Shown here: piece by piece, positions 9,420 to 21,983 of the stretch
Numbering within the stretch: position 1 is the stretch's first letter
Layout of the letters: every line of letters starts with the position of its first letter
DNA from: a virus
Length of the DNA: 64,000 nt
IMG/VR virus record: IMGVR_UViG_3300050343_000270
Coordinates: 50,402-114,401 of that record
Direction: 5' to 3' (one strand)
Notes under the pieces: generated by a model
What the model saw: the letters and a program-made list of their open reading frames with translations, nothing else
Databases searched by the model: none
What the model was told of the DNA's origin: nothing
Position numbers and translations under genes: made by a program

Positions 9420-12400
9420 ATGGCGGCACCAATCAATATACCTGCGAACATTTCGATAAGCACCACTAGCCTGAATAGATCTACTCGTCAGGTTCAGCAA
9501 GCGTTGGGGCGTATTACAGGTCAAGCATCAGAATTTCAAAAATCTCTTGATGCTTCAACTGCGCGTGTGTTTGCTTTCGGAGCTACCACGGCGGTTCTGC
9601 AAGCTGTTAACCAATCATTCAAAAAGCTTATCAGCACCACGGTTGAGGTTGAGAAAAAGCTAATCGAGATAAACTCTATCTTTCAAGCTACAAACGCTCA
9701 GTTTAGCAAGTTTAGAGATTCTATCTTCCAAGTCGCCAAAGATACTGGGCAGTCTTTTAATACCGTTGCAGAAGGTGCGGCGGAATTAGCTCGTCAGGGT
9801 TTAAGTGCAGAAGAGACCGCGAAACGGTTAAAAGCCGCATTAATACTCACTCGTATTTCAGGTATGGACGCAGAGAAGTCTGTAAAGTCTCTGACCGCCG
9901 CAATGAACGGTTTCACCTCTGCTGGATTAAGTGCCGAGCAGATTGTTAATAAAATTGTAGCGGTTGATACGGCATTCGCTGTATCTGCACAAGACTTGGC
10001 TGACGGTTTTTCTCGCGCTGGATCTACGGCAGAGGATGCTGGTGTATCATTTGATCAGCTACTAGGTCTTATAACCGCTGTAGAGCAGAGAACTGCGCGA
10101 GGTGGTGCTGTGATCGGTAACGCATTTAAATCTATATTTACACGACTAGCCCGTGGAACAACCATTGAAAAACTAAAAGAACTTGGTGTTGAGATTGACT
10201 CTAGCCAAACAGGTATTCAAAAACTACAATCTTTATCAGCGGCTCTTGAAAAGATATCAGACCCAACTATAGCAAGTCAGATAAAAGAGCTTGCGGGTGG
10301 CGTGTTCCAGATTAACGTTGTTAGTTCTACATTGAAGGATTTATCAAGCGAGACTTCTATTTTTGCCAGTGCCGCGAAAGAAGCCTCTAATGCAACTAAC
10401 GAGGCTTTTCAAAAGAACGAGCTATTAAATACTAGTTTGGCGGCGCAAATAAATAGTCTGGTGGCTGGGATAACAAATTTAGCAGAAAAAATTGGAGGCA
10501 TAACAATCGCGCCACTGCTTGGTAATTTAGTAAAGATAGCAACAGTGCTTTCAGACTCTTTAGATGGCGCTCTTGACCCAGAAAAAGGTAATGCTTTCAT
10601 CAAGGGTCTTTTAGCCACTATTAGTTCTTTTATATCTGGTCCAGGGTTGATTATGGTGACTGTGGCGTTTTTAAAGATCACCAAGCTGGTGGCTAAATTT
10701 GCCATGGATGGTTTTAAGTCTGTTATGGCAATTGGTTCAGCCCAAGAAAAGAATAAGCAAATTGAGGCTGGTATAGTTAGATTGTTACAACACGACGTTC
10801 AGTTAAGAAAACAGTTAGCTAACCAAAGTTTATCACAGGCTCAAAAAGAACAAGCTGTTCTGGATGCTATAAAAAGAGAAAATGCCTTACTAAGAGATCA
10901 AGAGAGGCTAATGCGAAATCTTACATCTCTTGCGAGGCAGAGGGGTGTTACTGGACATAGTTCATCTAGAGGATTTAAGGGAAGGGGTTTTTCGGCAGGT
11001 CACATGCAAGAGGAGGCGAACGCCAGAATGTTGGGCGCTACATCTTCTGTTAGGGCGCACAGGGGGCAGGGAACCATTGGTGGTAAATCATTCATAATGA
11101 ATAACCAAGAAACCGAAATACCAAATTTTGGTCGAAATGGTGATTCTGCGGTCATACCTCATTACGCAAAAGGTTTTGTTCCAAATTTTGCAATGATTAG
11201 CACTAGCGCGTATTTCAACAAAAAAGGCGCAAGTTTACGGGGGTATACAGATGGAATAAAAAATGGGACTATAAGAAGGACCGAGGTTGGAAAAGATCGG
11301 GTGGTGGGTGACGTGAAGTTCAGTAAAGACGAGATTAACGCCGCTGGAAAATTAGGGATAGATGAAAAGGGAAAACAAGCAGATAGCAAAAAGAAACAAA
11401 CTATTGATGCATCAAGAGTCATTGGGAAAAACACAATGCCTACGGTTTTGACCCCTTCAAATTCAGGCGGGACGCGATCAATAACAACGAGAAAAGACTT
11501 TAACCACCCTGTAAAATTTCAATTTAAAAGTTTTAAAGTTGATAAAAATGGAAAGCTTGGTTTGCGAAAGGATTTTGACAGAAAATTTTCTGACACAAAA
11601 ATAAAAGAAATGGCGGAAAATACTGCTTTAAAATTTGCCAAAAAAGCGGCAGAGGCAGTTTCAGAAAAGCCAGTTGATCCAAAAACTATTGAAGAGGTTG
11701 ACAATGTGAACGGATTCATCAGCGGAATAAAAGGAGGTTTTGGTGGAATATTTGATGCGGCTTTAACCACTGCGCTGAGAACAAATGTCGGTGACGGTGT
11801 TGGTGGAGATTTTGACGTTAATACTGCGGACAACGCCAAGGCAAAATCAAACGTAAGAAAAATATTTGGAAGTAGATCACTGCCTCTTAGTGGGCTTGCT
11901 GACTACAAGATAAATGATGGTAATTACACGTTAGAAAGTATGATTACAAAATTCATGGGAACTAAAATTTTAACAGACCCAATCAAAGCAACAATTAACA
12001 AACAGAAGGTAGATAGAAAAGGTTTAAATAGAGTTAGTAAAGGCAGGGGAAGGGCTGGAGGATTTATACCCAACTATAGCCAAACAGACCGAGGAGTTCC
12101 TATGTCTAAAATTCGCGCCCACTTTGATGGCGCAGGAAACCCTGTTGCTGTTACAAATACAATGGACGAACCTAACGGCTTAAGTGACGTAAGGAAGAAT
12201 GGATTGGCTGATGCAATAGGCAGAGAGAGGCAAGGAATTGGAATGCATAGTGAGGGTTTTGTTCCTAATTTTAGGCTTGGGGGTCTTGTTAAGCTTGGGG
12301 GAGCGGCTGGAAGGAAGATCGGGGCGGGGGCTTCAAGGTTATTCGGGGGGGCTAAAAATAAAGGTAAAAATGTATTGGACTCCCACAAAGCCTCTAAAGC

Positions 12401-14208
12401 TAACATAAAAAGTCTCAAAGAGAACACCAAAAAGTTAAAGAAAGAAAATCAAGAAATTCAGAAAAGGATAAGCGCTGGCAAATTAAGCAAAGAGCAACTC
12501 AAAATACATGAAAAAAAGCTGAAAAAAAACAATTCTAAAATATCTGACAACGCTAGTCAGATGCAAAATGATAGTGGTGCTGGTATGCTGGCGATGTTTG
12601 CTTTATCTGGGGTAGACACAGGCTTTCAGGCTCTGGCGGACAGCAGGAGAGAGAAGGGGGACGAAAAAGGAGGCATGCTCGCGGATCAGGGATCGGCTGC
12701 CGCACAGTTTGCGTCTATGGGTGCAATGTTTGGACCCATGGGGATGGCGATTGGGGCTGTAACTGGTCAAGTTTATAGTCTTGGATCTGCGCTTCTTGAC
12801 GCTAACAAAAGAATAAATGAAGGCGAAAAAAAGGGGGAAAAGACCTAGATAGGGGTAAAGAGGCTCAAGCTAAAGGCATTCAGAGACAAAGAAGTGCCAT
12901 GAGGAATCTTGGCTTCAGTAAAGGCAACGAAGTAATGGAAGTCGCTCAAAAAGTTGCAAGTGTGGGTCTGCGCGACTACACAGATGAAATAAAAAAAGTA
13001 AAGGATCGTTTGCGTTCAGCCTCTGAGAGTCCTGCGGAATACAAAAAAGCAACCGATGACTATATTAAAGTTATGGAAAAGGTAGCTATAGCCGAGACAA
13101 AGGTTGCCGAAATAAAAAGAATACAAGCAAGTCTGACAAAAAAACAAAATGATTTAATTAAACTAAATGCAGAACAAGCTCAAGCAAGCCAAGCAAGAGT
13201 AAAATCCGCACAAAAGGCTGTTGATACATTAGGGTTTATGAGTGAAATCAGAACACCTGAATTAACTGGCGAGAGAAGAAATGCGGTTGATAGATCTTTG
13301 AAGGGTCAGTCGGCTGTTGCTGGAGCGCAATTAAATAAACAAACATTAAATGACTTAAAAGTAGAGTTAAGTCAAACAACAGATAAAGATAAAAGAGAAG
13401 AAATAGTAGAGAAAATCGAACAAGCCACGACAGTCTTCAACAAATCGGTTGTTTCTGCGGCAATAAGTCTAAGGAACAATTTAAACCAAGCTGAATTTGA
13501 TCTTGGAAAGCTGAAAGAGACTCTAACTACACAAAAAGAGCAAACATTCGACAGTAGGCTTGGCTTTGTAATTCTTTAAAAGACAAAACAATAGACGCCG
13601 ATGTTGTTAGAGATAACGTAAAAAGGCTTAGGGAAGCTGGGGACGACCCTAAAAAACAATTAGAGGCGATGGAACGACTGGCTGGCAACAAAGAACAACT
13701 TGACGCGATTAACCCAGCAATCTTCAAAGGTATTTTAGACTCTATGGGTCTGACACCCAAAGAGCAAGAAGAATTAACTAGGAAAACAGACGAGGCAGGT
13801 TTGAGGGGTGCTGGGATCACTGATCAGAAAACTATTGATGCAATAATAGAGAGACTAAAAAAGGATAGACCTGACATCAAAAATACACAGCAGGAAATAA
13901 AAGTTCTTGAAGAATCAATAAAAGAGTCTAAAAAGCAAATAGAGAAGTTCGGGAAAGCGTTTAACGCCGAGAAGATTAGCGAAAGCACTAAGAACATATC
14001 CGAAGCCCTAGAAAAATTTGGTAAAGGCATGGGGGACGGCACAAAAATATTAGAAGCAATAAACAAGGTAAATACAAAAGCGGCTACTGAAATAGCCAAA
14101 TCAAATACTCTTGTTAAAGAAGCCGCTAAAGATATAGAGAAAACCAAGAAAGATATAGTTTCTCTCAAGGCGGGGGTAGCACAGGTAAAAGCACAGCTAG
14201 AACCATAA
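9420..14208 (+). CDS. Tape measure protein (one gene, broken by indels near 12830 and 13570)
   Basis: TP901-type TMP segment (FQVAKDTGQSF...AAELARQGLSAEE, RGGAVIGNAFKSIFTRL), three GF(V/I)PN(F/Y) motifs and coiled coils; the -1 frames are open across both breaks, joining ORFs 9420-12848, 12899-13579 and 13669-14208. Confidence 0.85.
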
Positions 14209-14218
14209 TAGAAATATC

Positions 14219-15772
14219 ATGTGTTTAACTACAACAACTGTAACCAATGGATCTCTAAATATCAATTTTGATTATTTAGATGGGGATGAAATGTTTGGGT
14301 ATACTGTGGTTGGTAATTATACTATCGACATCTCCGATATAAGCTTCACAGATCAACAGGGTGTTTTGTTTGAAGGTCGGGACGCTATAAGTTCAGCCTA
14401 TAAGCAGAAAAATATTACCGCTCGCATAGGTGCAGACGAGTATGTAAACGGACGTATAAAAAGTTTAAGTTTTGATGAAAGTGCTTTGGTTGGTTCTCAG
14501 ACAGCGAATGTTGAAATAGAAGAAAGTAAGAGGCTTGATGATTATTCTAACCACACTTTTGCAAAGTATATACCCAACCCTCATCTCCTTGAATCATTTG
14601 AAGAAAGTTTTGACTTTAGTTGTAATGGTAGTGAATACAGTTACAATAGAAATATTTCTATAAAATACAAGCAAAGCACTGAGTCTTCCGACGAGTTTCT
14701 GCATAACTTAAAGGTGTTTGTATCAAACTATTATCATACAGTTCGACCTAATTATGGATTACAGCAAGATGGTATTTCAGAAAACGCCACAATAGATAAG
14801 GGATTTAATGGGATTATCTCTGAAACTATAGACATAATTGGTCTTTCTTACTCAATTCAGGAGAATTTCGCGTCCTCTCGCATACATGAAAATGAAAACG
14901 TCAGCAAAAAATTCACACAAGTAGAAAAACTTGATGAAGCAGGATATCTTGGTAAGACGGTTACTGTTGATATAACTTCTTTACGCCGAGACAATCAGAA
15001 TGTTTTGCGAAGCGCTGTTGCAAGCACTATAGATGATATTTTATCTGAGGAACAATCGGTTTATGGACCTCCTGTATCTATAGCAAGGGGTTTTAAAAGA
15101 AACTCAAAAACTGCGAATCTTGTAATTAATTTCTCAACTGCGCCCAAATATTACAGAGACGCAAGTGTGACGTATAATTGTCAAAAAAGAAAACAAGGTT
15201 CTTTTAATGATTTCTCTATGACGGTTGATTATTGTGCGGTTGGCGTCAACAATAGAGAAAGATTGAATGCTTGCAGAAATTTTTGGTCATCTGATTCTGC
15301 TAATGCCGTGGTCAGGGCTAGTGATTTATTTCCCGAATCTGGGACTTTATATGAAAAAAACAGAAGCACATCTTTCGATTATGGTGCTGGCAAAATTTCA
15401 GAAACAATAACGTTTACCGATGATGATTCTTACAGGTCGGATTTGCCAGATGGTATTTTGAAATACAAGACGACAATAAATAGTCAGAATGGAGTTAAAA
15501 GGTTTACAAGAGTAAACGACCTTGACTCTTTTGCAGAAAAACTAACAATTTCTGATAATAAAACATTAACCAATGTGTCAATAACGGCGGAAGCCGTTGC
15601 CATACCTCAATATGGATTATATCACGCAAGAGACTTCTTGGATTCAAAAACATCCGAATTACAAGGCTTACTTAATTCAAGCGAATTTTATGTAATGTCA
15701 GATCAATATTCTATTGATTTGGCGAATGGCACCGCAAATCGTGTAATAAGTTGTGTAATCCCTACTACATAA
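14219..15772 (+). CDS. Putative baseplate/distal tail protein
   Basis: 517 aa, beta-rich, directly after the TMP. Confidence 0.5.
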   Translation: MCLTTTTVTNGSLNINFDYLDGDEMFGYTVVGNYTIDISDISFTDQQGVLFEGRDAISSAYKQKNITARIGADEYVNGRIKSLSFDESALVGSQTANVEIEESKRLDDYSNHTFAKYIPNPHLLESFEESFDFSCNGSEYSYNRNISIKYKQSTESSDEFLHNLKVFVSNYYHTVRPNYGLQQDGISENATIDKGFNGIISETIDIIGLSYSIQENFASSRIHENENVSKKFTQVEKLDEAGYLGKTVTVDITSLRRDNQNVLRSAVASTIDDILSEEQSVYGPPVSIARGFKRNSKTANLVINFSTAPKYYRDASVTYNCQKRKQGSFNDFSMTVDYCAVGVNNRERLNACRNFWSSDSANAVVRASDLFPESGTLYEKNRSTSFDYGAGKISETITFTDDDSYRSDLPDGILKYKTTINSQNGVKRFTRVNDLDSFAEKLTISDNKTLTNVSITAEAVAIPQYGLYHARDFLDSKTSELQGLLNSSEFYVMSDQYSIDLANGTANRVISCVIPTT

Positions 15773-15778
15773 TTTTAC

Positions 15779-17345
15779 GTGAGTTCAATTCAATATTCTG
15801 GTTATAATTTTCCCGAACCTCTTCCTTTGTTGGCAGAGAGTTCTACGCCGATTCATATCAGTGGTTTATACGACCATAGTTCCGTCGATGTGCAGTTAGT
15901 TGGTTTTTTAACTGGTAGTGATATTAGTAGCTTAAGTTTGCAGAAACAGGAGATGGTGAACGGATTATTGAATGAATATGGTGATTTGGTAATTGATGTT
16001 GGAGGATATACTAAGACTTACGCGAAGGCACTTCCTGTTTCATTAGATTTTCAGGATAGTGATATGACCACGATGGTTCCCTACTCTGCCTCGTTTAAGA
16101 CATTTACTGGAGAGAGTTTTTCTAATTTTTTTGGCGTGTCTTCCCCAAAAAACGAATGGTCGTTTCAGGAGCAAGAAAACCAGATAGTTCAAGCTACTCA
16201 CACAATTTCGGCGCAGGGGAGAAAAAGTTAACGATCAAGACGCTTTGCAGAATGCCATTGATTTCGTTACAGGTCAAACTGGTTTCTATAATGTCGCGCC
16301 AATACTAACTGGGTCAAATGCTTTTTTAAAATCACGAAACGAGAATATAAATAGAAAAACAGCGAATTACTCCATTACTGAGGTTTACCATTTTGATGGA
16401 TCTGATAGACAGGAAACTGAATCTGCAATAGTAACTTATGAAACCACAGTCAATTACAACAAAGATGGCGGCTTGAATGCTGGTATCAATGGTTCGATTT
16501 ACGGCTCATTTGACGGTGAGCAGGTGCATACTGGGTTGTTTACCCCTCAAGACGCTACAAACGCTCTGATCCAAGATGTAGCGGCTTCAATGTCATCCTA
16601 CGACTCTGATGCATTCTCGTTTATTAGAAACCAGCCCAATACCTATTCTTACAATATCAATACTGGAGCTAATACCATAGATTTTTCATTTTCTTACATG
16701 GATCTAGACAATATAGACCAGATAGGTAATATCGGGCATAAATATAAGTCGTCAGTTCAAGCAGATAAAGATAACGCGAACTTTATAGTGTCAGCAGAAG
16801 GGGAGTTGTTTTTTAATGGTATAAGCTCCGTTATTAACACTGGATTATATGAGAACTCAGCAAGATTTCAAGAAATTGATGCCACCTATGACGGTATAGA
16901 TACTTACAATATAGCCTATCAGGGCTGGTTAGATTTTCAACTTGGGAACACAGACTTTACGGTATCAAATATTGATTTAAACAATACTGTAAAAAGCAGT
17001 AGTGTTCAAAAAGATCCTGTTAATAACAAAATAACTTATAGCATACAATTTGACACGTCTATAGATTTAGATGCTGGATTGAATAATGTTGTTTTATCTA
17101 TAACAGATAAACTCCCATTACAGCTTTCTAATGTAGTTCCCACTATTAAAGGATTCGCATCACAGCTTGTTTCTGAAAGAACACTTGGAGAATATTCAAT
17201 ATCTGCCACAGCAGATGAACAAGAAGATCGATTACAGGATCTTAAGAGTCTAGTTTCACGATATATGAAAGGAAGTTATGATCAATCAGATAGCCACTCT
17301 ATTGGTGTAAATAATATAAGCTACAACATTTCAAAATTTTATTAA
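15779..17345 (+). CDS. Putative baseplate protein (one gene; extra base near 16216-16226)
   Basis: Removing one base gives SAQGEKVNDQDALQNAIDF, joining 15779-16231 to 16245-17345. Confidence 0.55.
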
Positions 17346-18709
17346 TGAGCGCGAGTGGATTACATTACATACTTACATCTCAATTTCAAAGCAATGAGAG
17401 GTTGGCGGCTTATTATGATTTTGCCGAATATAATGGAGAGATAAACCCAGAATCAAGCGGCACTTATACGGGGATTCTAAACAACCAATACCCTGCTTAT
17501 GATACGGGCAAGCATACAGCAACAATTGTCAGCGCTACAGGAGCTACAGAGGTTGGTGTGTCGGGCTTGATTACTGGAGCAGTAAGTGGGCGAGGAAGAT
17601 TGGATCAAAGCAATCTAAAGATACCCATTGAGGGATTGGATATTAAAAGCATGTCTTTGTTGGTTGACTTTCAATGGAATGCTGAAGTTGAAAATGGAGT
17701 CATTTTAGGATCTTATGAAAGGTTTGAAGAAACTGTGGGTTCTGTAGATGTAACAGGTTCGCGAGGATTTAACTTTGGCGTAAATGATAGAGGCAATATG
17801 TTTTTCGAGGCTTATCAACCTAGCGGACCATCTATTGTGTCAACCAATTCCATAGAGATGTCCGAAAGAAACATAATTGGTTTGTCTTTTGATCGGGGAA
17901 ATGTTGTTTTTTCAAAATTTGATTTATTCAATGATGTTGTTGATAAGGAAACTTTTAATTTTAATTCTTCAGAAATTGCTCAACCGACAGATTTATATGT
18001 AGGCGGATCACCTCAATATTTTAAGTCTTCAAGTGCGTCTGTGCCAACGGTCAATGCCTCATTGAATGAATTGGCTATTTTCTCTGGCAGTATATCAGCC
18101 CATAACTTAAAGAAATTAACTAGTGGTATTTTGGGTGATTATTTTTACAATACGGGAATACAGACTGTTCAAAATTTTATTACTGGATATACAGACACAG
18201 TAAATTATGCAACAGGTTCTACAGGTACAACACTGCAATCCGCTGGAAATTTGACTGTTTCAACAGGTAGGATTAGCTACACGGGAGTTTTGACTGGTGC
18301 TACGACCGTATCTGGAAGTGAGGGCGACGAAATGTATGTTTTTTATAATTACGATAATGATGGGTTAAAGACATCTTACAAAGAAAAGTTGGGTTATCTT
18401 GATCCATCTAATTCTAACGACTATGCGCCAACTGGAGAATGTGCATTTGATACGCTAGGTCTGCAAGGCGGAAACTATACCTTAACGGGTGATATAGCAT
18501 TGAATCTTGAAACTAAACTATCAACAGGAAGTTATTCGATATACCAACAAGTTGAGCAAACGGGTGTGTTGGGCGTAGTGAGTGGAGTTGATAAGACCGC
18601 TCTTTATGAAAGTGTAACAGGATCAACAGGTCAATACTCAGGTATAGTATTTAATGAATCAATTGAGGCGTTGAAAAGCGACTATATTTACTACAAAGGA
18701 TTAAGATGA
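17345..18709 (+). CDS. Virion protein with LamG/concanavalin-like domain
   Basis: LAAYYDF ... GFNFGVNDRGNMFFE ... LYVGGS ... LNELAIFS pattern; Thr/Gly-rich tail. Confidence 0.5.
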   Translation: MSASGLHYILTSQFQSNERLAAYYDFAEYNGEINPESSGTYTGILNNQYPAYDTGKHTATIVSATGATEVGVSGLITGAVSGRGRLDQSNLKIPIEGLDIKSMSLLVDFQWNAEVENGVILGSYERFEETVGSVDVTGSRGFNFGVNDRGNMFFEAYQPSGPSIVSTNSIEMSERNIIGLSFDRGNVVFSKFDLFNDVVDKETFNFNSSEIAQPTDLYVGGSPQYFKSSSASVPTVNASLNELAIFSGSISAHNLKKLTSGILGDYFYNTGIQTVQNFITGYTDTVNYATGSTGTTLQSAGNLTVSTGRISYTGVLTGATTVSGSEGDEMYVFYNYDNDGLKTSYKEKLGYLDPSNSNDYAPTGECAFDTLGLQGGNYTLTGDIALNLETKLSTGSYSIYQQVEQTGVLGVVSGVDKTALYESVTGSTGQYSGIVFNESIEALKSDYIYYKGLR

Positions 18710-19476
18710 ACTATAATTACATAATGTCAACAGGCTCTGCTAGCTTGTCTGGTAGTAGATACAAGTTAGAGGAGCGTAATAATACAGCTTCTAAATCTCA
18801 ATATTATAATATTGATTACTCTGTTATATCTGGAATTAACATGTCAAGGGTTTCTTTAAATTCGCAAACTCTTTTTCAGGCGCAACCATTTTATTACACT
18901 GGGACAAGTCAAGTATATATAGAAGCACCATCTGGTGATTACTATTTGGATTTCAGCAAGCAAGCTAGTAAAGGAAAAATATTCCTAGATGAAACATTAC
19001 CTGTTAATCGTTCTGGAGTTGTTTTATATGATAAAACTGAGGTCGATACTGGTGTATTGACAATGCATACAGGGGGTAACCCAACGGGGGCGCTTAATGA
19101 TTTAACGGAAGATTTAATTACTCAGGGTTTGTTGGCTGGTGGTTCAACATATAGTGGTGATTTGTTTTCTGGATGGGATGTTTTTTGCAATGGTCAAAAA
19201 TTCCCATCTTATGATGAATTTACTGGGTTAGACCCACAAGTAACTGGAAAATTCTTTGCTTTAAAAAAACCCGAAAATATTTTTGAATATAACAGCGGGG
19301 CGGCTGATTCATTTGGTCAGAAATTCATCCCAAACCAAGTAGACGCTTACATAAATGGTACAGAACAGCCAATGTCTAGCTTCATTTTCACTTATACTGG
19401 TGTAAGTTTAGTTGAAGTTGGCAAGAGCGCAACAGCAGAAATTTATAAAAAAGAAACAACTTCTTACAATTTATGA
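18706..19476 (+). CDS. Hypothetical virion protein
   Basis: ATGA-coupled within the tail operon. Confidence 0.45.
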   Translation: MNYNYIMSTGSASLSGSRYKLEERNNTASKSQYYNIDYSVISGINMSRVSLNSQTLFQAQPFYYTGTSQVYIEAPSGDYYLDFSKQASKGKIFLDETLPVNRSGVVLYDKTEVDTGVLTMHTGGNPTGALNDLTEDLITQGLLAGGSTYSGDLFSGWDVFCNGQKFPSYDEFTGLDPQVTGKFFALKKPENIFEYNSGAADSFGQKFIPNQVDAYINGTEQPMSSFIFTYTGVSLVEVGKSATAEIYKKETTSYNL

Positions 19477-21983
19477 GCGAGGTAATAAATGGACTGGAGT
19501 TAAACTTAGGAAACAATGGAGGGGGTCACACGGCAACGGTAAACTCTATAAAGGATACTGTTACACCTAAAGGAACCGCAAGCCTTGGGGCTATGAGCGG
19601 GGCTTTGGGCGAAAGATTTGATTTCTCTAATAGTGACGTACAACAAATAATGAGCCTTTTTATTGCCGTTGAAGAGACTAACTCTCAAGATTCAAATAAC
19701 GTTTTAAAAAAATCAGTCAAATTTAGAGACAAAACTTCATTAATATTAGATTCTCATGTATTTGCGGTTAGAGGTGTATCAGCTTCACCAGAAAGCGAAT
19801 TAGTTTTTGAGGGAAAGATATACAAACATAGTGAACATCCTTTAAGTAGTATCGAGCCAGCACCAGCACTAAATCCAGAGAAGGATGGCGGATTAATTGT
19901 TATTGGCAAAACTTATTCTGTGTATGCTGGAAAACACGACAATGAGCCTTATTCATTGGGTTATCATAATAAGGAGGAGGAGGAAGGTTTGAGTTTCAAT
20001 ACAGATGTAGCAAAACAAGATGACGAAAGTGAAAATATATCAAATTATTCTTTATTATATGGTTTCAAACTTTCAGAATTTAAAGAGGCGATGAAACTTA
20101 TGAACTTGACAATCAATGGTCTCCCAGACAACGATTCAACGATTTTCAATACTTCAGGTAGGGCTTCTGCCGTTGTTTCTTCTATTGCATCTAGCTTGGG
20201 ATACTATTGGTATATAAACGCTGAAGATGGAAGTATTAACTTCATAGATTCTCTAGAGGCTTCTAAGATACAAGTTCCCAATAAAGTGGATAACCCCGAA
20301 ACTGAAAAGATACAAAATGTTTCTTTTACAGAATCAAAAATAAACAAGGTTATAGTTAATTCTTTAATTGGAGATTATGAAGGGGGTGATCGAAAGATAA
20401 TTCAAAATGATAATGCGGGTCGGAAAGATAGAGCTACTAATTTCTATAGAATAGCATTAACGGGATTGATGTCGGAAGACCATGAAGAATTTTTTAAAGT
20501 TTTTTATGCTCTATGGGCTACTAAAAGTTTGAACGGGTTTTCATTTGATGCTGTCTTTTTTTGGTTAATGTTTAAGAGCCAAAATTTTAGAGAATTTCTA
20601 CCTGATTTATTAAAAATTGGTGAAGATGGTGAAGATGGTGAAGAAAATGAAGAAAAAATAAAAAAAATAAAGGCACATAGAGAAAAAGAAGTTATATGGA
20701 AAGATATAAAAGGAGCCGATAAAGCGGATAAAGTGAATAGAGATACTGGTTTTAAAAGAGAAGAAGCGAAATGGTATGATGCAAAATCACAATCTCAAAG
20801 TATAGTTGAAGACGAAGACGGTAATCAAGTTGTGGCTCAAGCCACTTTAAACAAACCACAAGACCTAGGTTTAATACAAGTTATTGAATCTTTCTTTGAG
20901 TCGATGCATAGATCATTGTTTGTATCTGCAACTTATACAGAACAACAAGCCCTAAAGAAGAATTTTGATGGTACTAATTTGCAAATACTAGGTCCATTTA
21001 AGGTGGGAGACAAAATAATGGACGTAGAAGATTTGTCATTCATGAGACCATTATTAGAATTCTTTGGTGAAAAGGACGTAACCATAGATGAGTTATTGAA
21101 AAAAAATAACCTTAAGGAAAAAGATGATGCAGGTGTTGGTGACGTAAACAGACCTGGGTTTACCAAAGAATATATTTTCATTGGTTTAAAGCAAAGACCA
21201 GTTGTTAACATAAAATTCGTGGAACAAGCCGATACTCTTAAATTCAAAAAATGGTTGAACGAAACTAATATAGAAATGTTTTTTGAACCTGCAAAACTAA
21301 GCGATATTTATATTGGCTACCAAAGAATTGCCGATGAAAATATAAGACAATCAATAGAGTTGTCAAAAAAACTTTATGAAAAAGTAGCTCCTGTTACAAG
21401 TGCTTTAGGGGTGCGAGAAAACGATGCTAATGGCAATCCGATAGATGTTCCAGATGATGTAATTAGGATTACTTATAGAAATAAAAGCAAAATGGAAATT
21501 GATGCAGAAGCGAAAGGTGATGCCGATCCTGATGCCGATCCTTCAGATAACTACGACGCAAAAAACACAGATACTGGAGAAGATGCTTCTGCTGATTTTG
21601 AGTATAAGAGCTATTCCATTATTAATGGAAGTACAGGAGATCCATTAGACACAGCCGATTTAAACACTAAAAACGGAATGCTTGGAGAAATCAAAGCTTT
21701 TGCAAACAATATTAACAATTCTACACCATCAAGCCCTCAAAAAAGCTCTTCTGAGACTATTTACGGGCTAGAAATACCAGAATTTGATGATATAACAATA
21801 AACTCACTGTCTATAAGCTTGGCTGGGGGGGGTGGCGTGACAACGACAATATCAAGATCAACAAGGGACTTGATACCGATTGACGATCAGGTAATTGTTA
21901 GCGACTTCTATAAAAAAGCTACTAATCTGAAGTCAACATCACCCCGAACAACAGCGGGTCAAAGAAACCTGTTTGGAGTTTAA
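19473..21983 (+). CDS. Putative baseplate hub/central tail protein
   Basis: 836 aa; SIASSLGYYWYINAEDGSINFID and SLSISLAGGGGVTTTIS motifs resemble hub proteins; last gene of the tail operon. Confidence 0.5.
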   Translation: MSEVINGLELNLGNNGGGHTATVNSIKDTVTPKGTASLGAMSGALGERFDFSNSDVQQIMSLFIAVEETNSQDSNNVLKKSVKFRDKTSLILDSHVFAVRGVSASPESELVFEGKIYKHSEHPLSSIEPAPALNPEKDGGLIVIGKTYSVYAGKHDNEPYSLGYHNKEEEEGLSFNTDVAKQDDESENISNYSLLYGFKLSEFKEAMKLMNLTINGLPDNDSTIFNTSGRASAVVSSIASSLGYYWYINAEDGSINFIDSLEASKIQVPNKVDNPETEKIQNVSFTESKINKVIVNSLIGDYEGGDRKIIQNDNAGRKDRATNFYRIALTGLMSEDHEEFFKVFYALWATKSLNGFSFDAVFFWLMFKSQNFREFLPDLLKIGEDGEDGEENEEKIKKIKAHREKEVIWKDIKGADKADKVNRDTGFKREEAKWYDAKSQSQSIVEDEDGNQVVAQATLNKPQDLGLIQVIESFFESMHRSLFVSATYTEQQALKKNFDGTNLQILGPFKVGDKIMDVEDLSFMRPLLEFFGEKDVTIDELLKKNNLKEKDDAGVGDVNRPGFTKEYIFIGLKQRPVVNIKFVEQADTLKFKKWLNETNIEMFFEPAKLSDIYIGYQRIADENIRQSIELSKKLYEKVAPVTSALGVRENDANGNPIDVPDDVIRITYRNKSKMEIDAEAKGDADPDADPSDNYDAKNTDTGEDASADFEYKSYSIINGSTGDPLDTADLNTKNGMLGEIKAFANNINNSTPSSPQKSSSETIYGLEIPEFDDITINSLSISLAGGGGVTTTISRSTRDLIPIDDQVIVSDFYKKATNLKSTSPRTTAGQRNLFGV

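Noticed and set aside
12846-12848. TAG stop-codon reassignment
   Set aside because: The TMP continues in a different frame rather than through the TAG; TAG ends nrdA and other genes normally
1765-19406. Intragenic GTGTAA copies (e.g. 1765, 4812, 15741, 15753, 17305, 19400) as promoters
   Set aside because: About 20 chance copies per strand are expected. Several lie near gene ends and may be real, but the spacing is not diagnostic, so they were not counted.
20618-21545. Short repeats GGTGAAGAT x3 and GATGCCGATCCT x2
   Set aside because: Ordinary in-frame low-complexity acidic linkers
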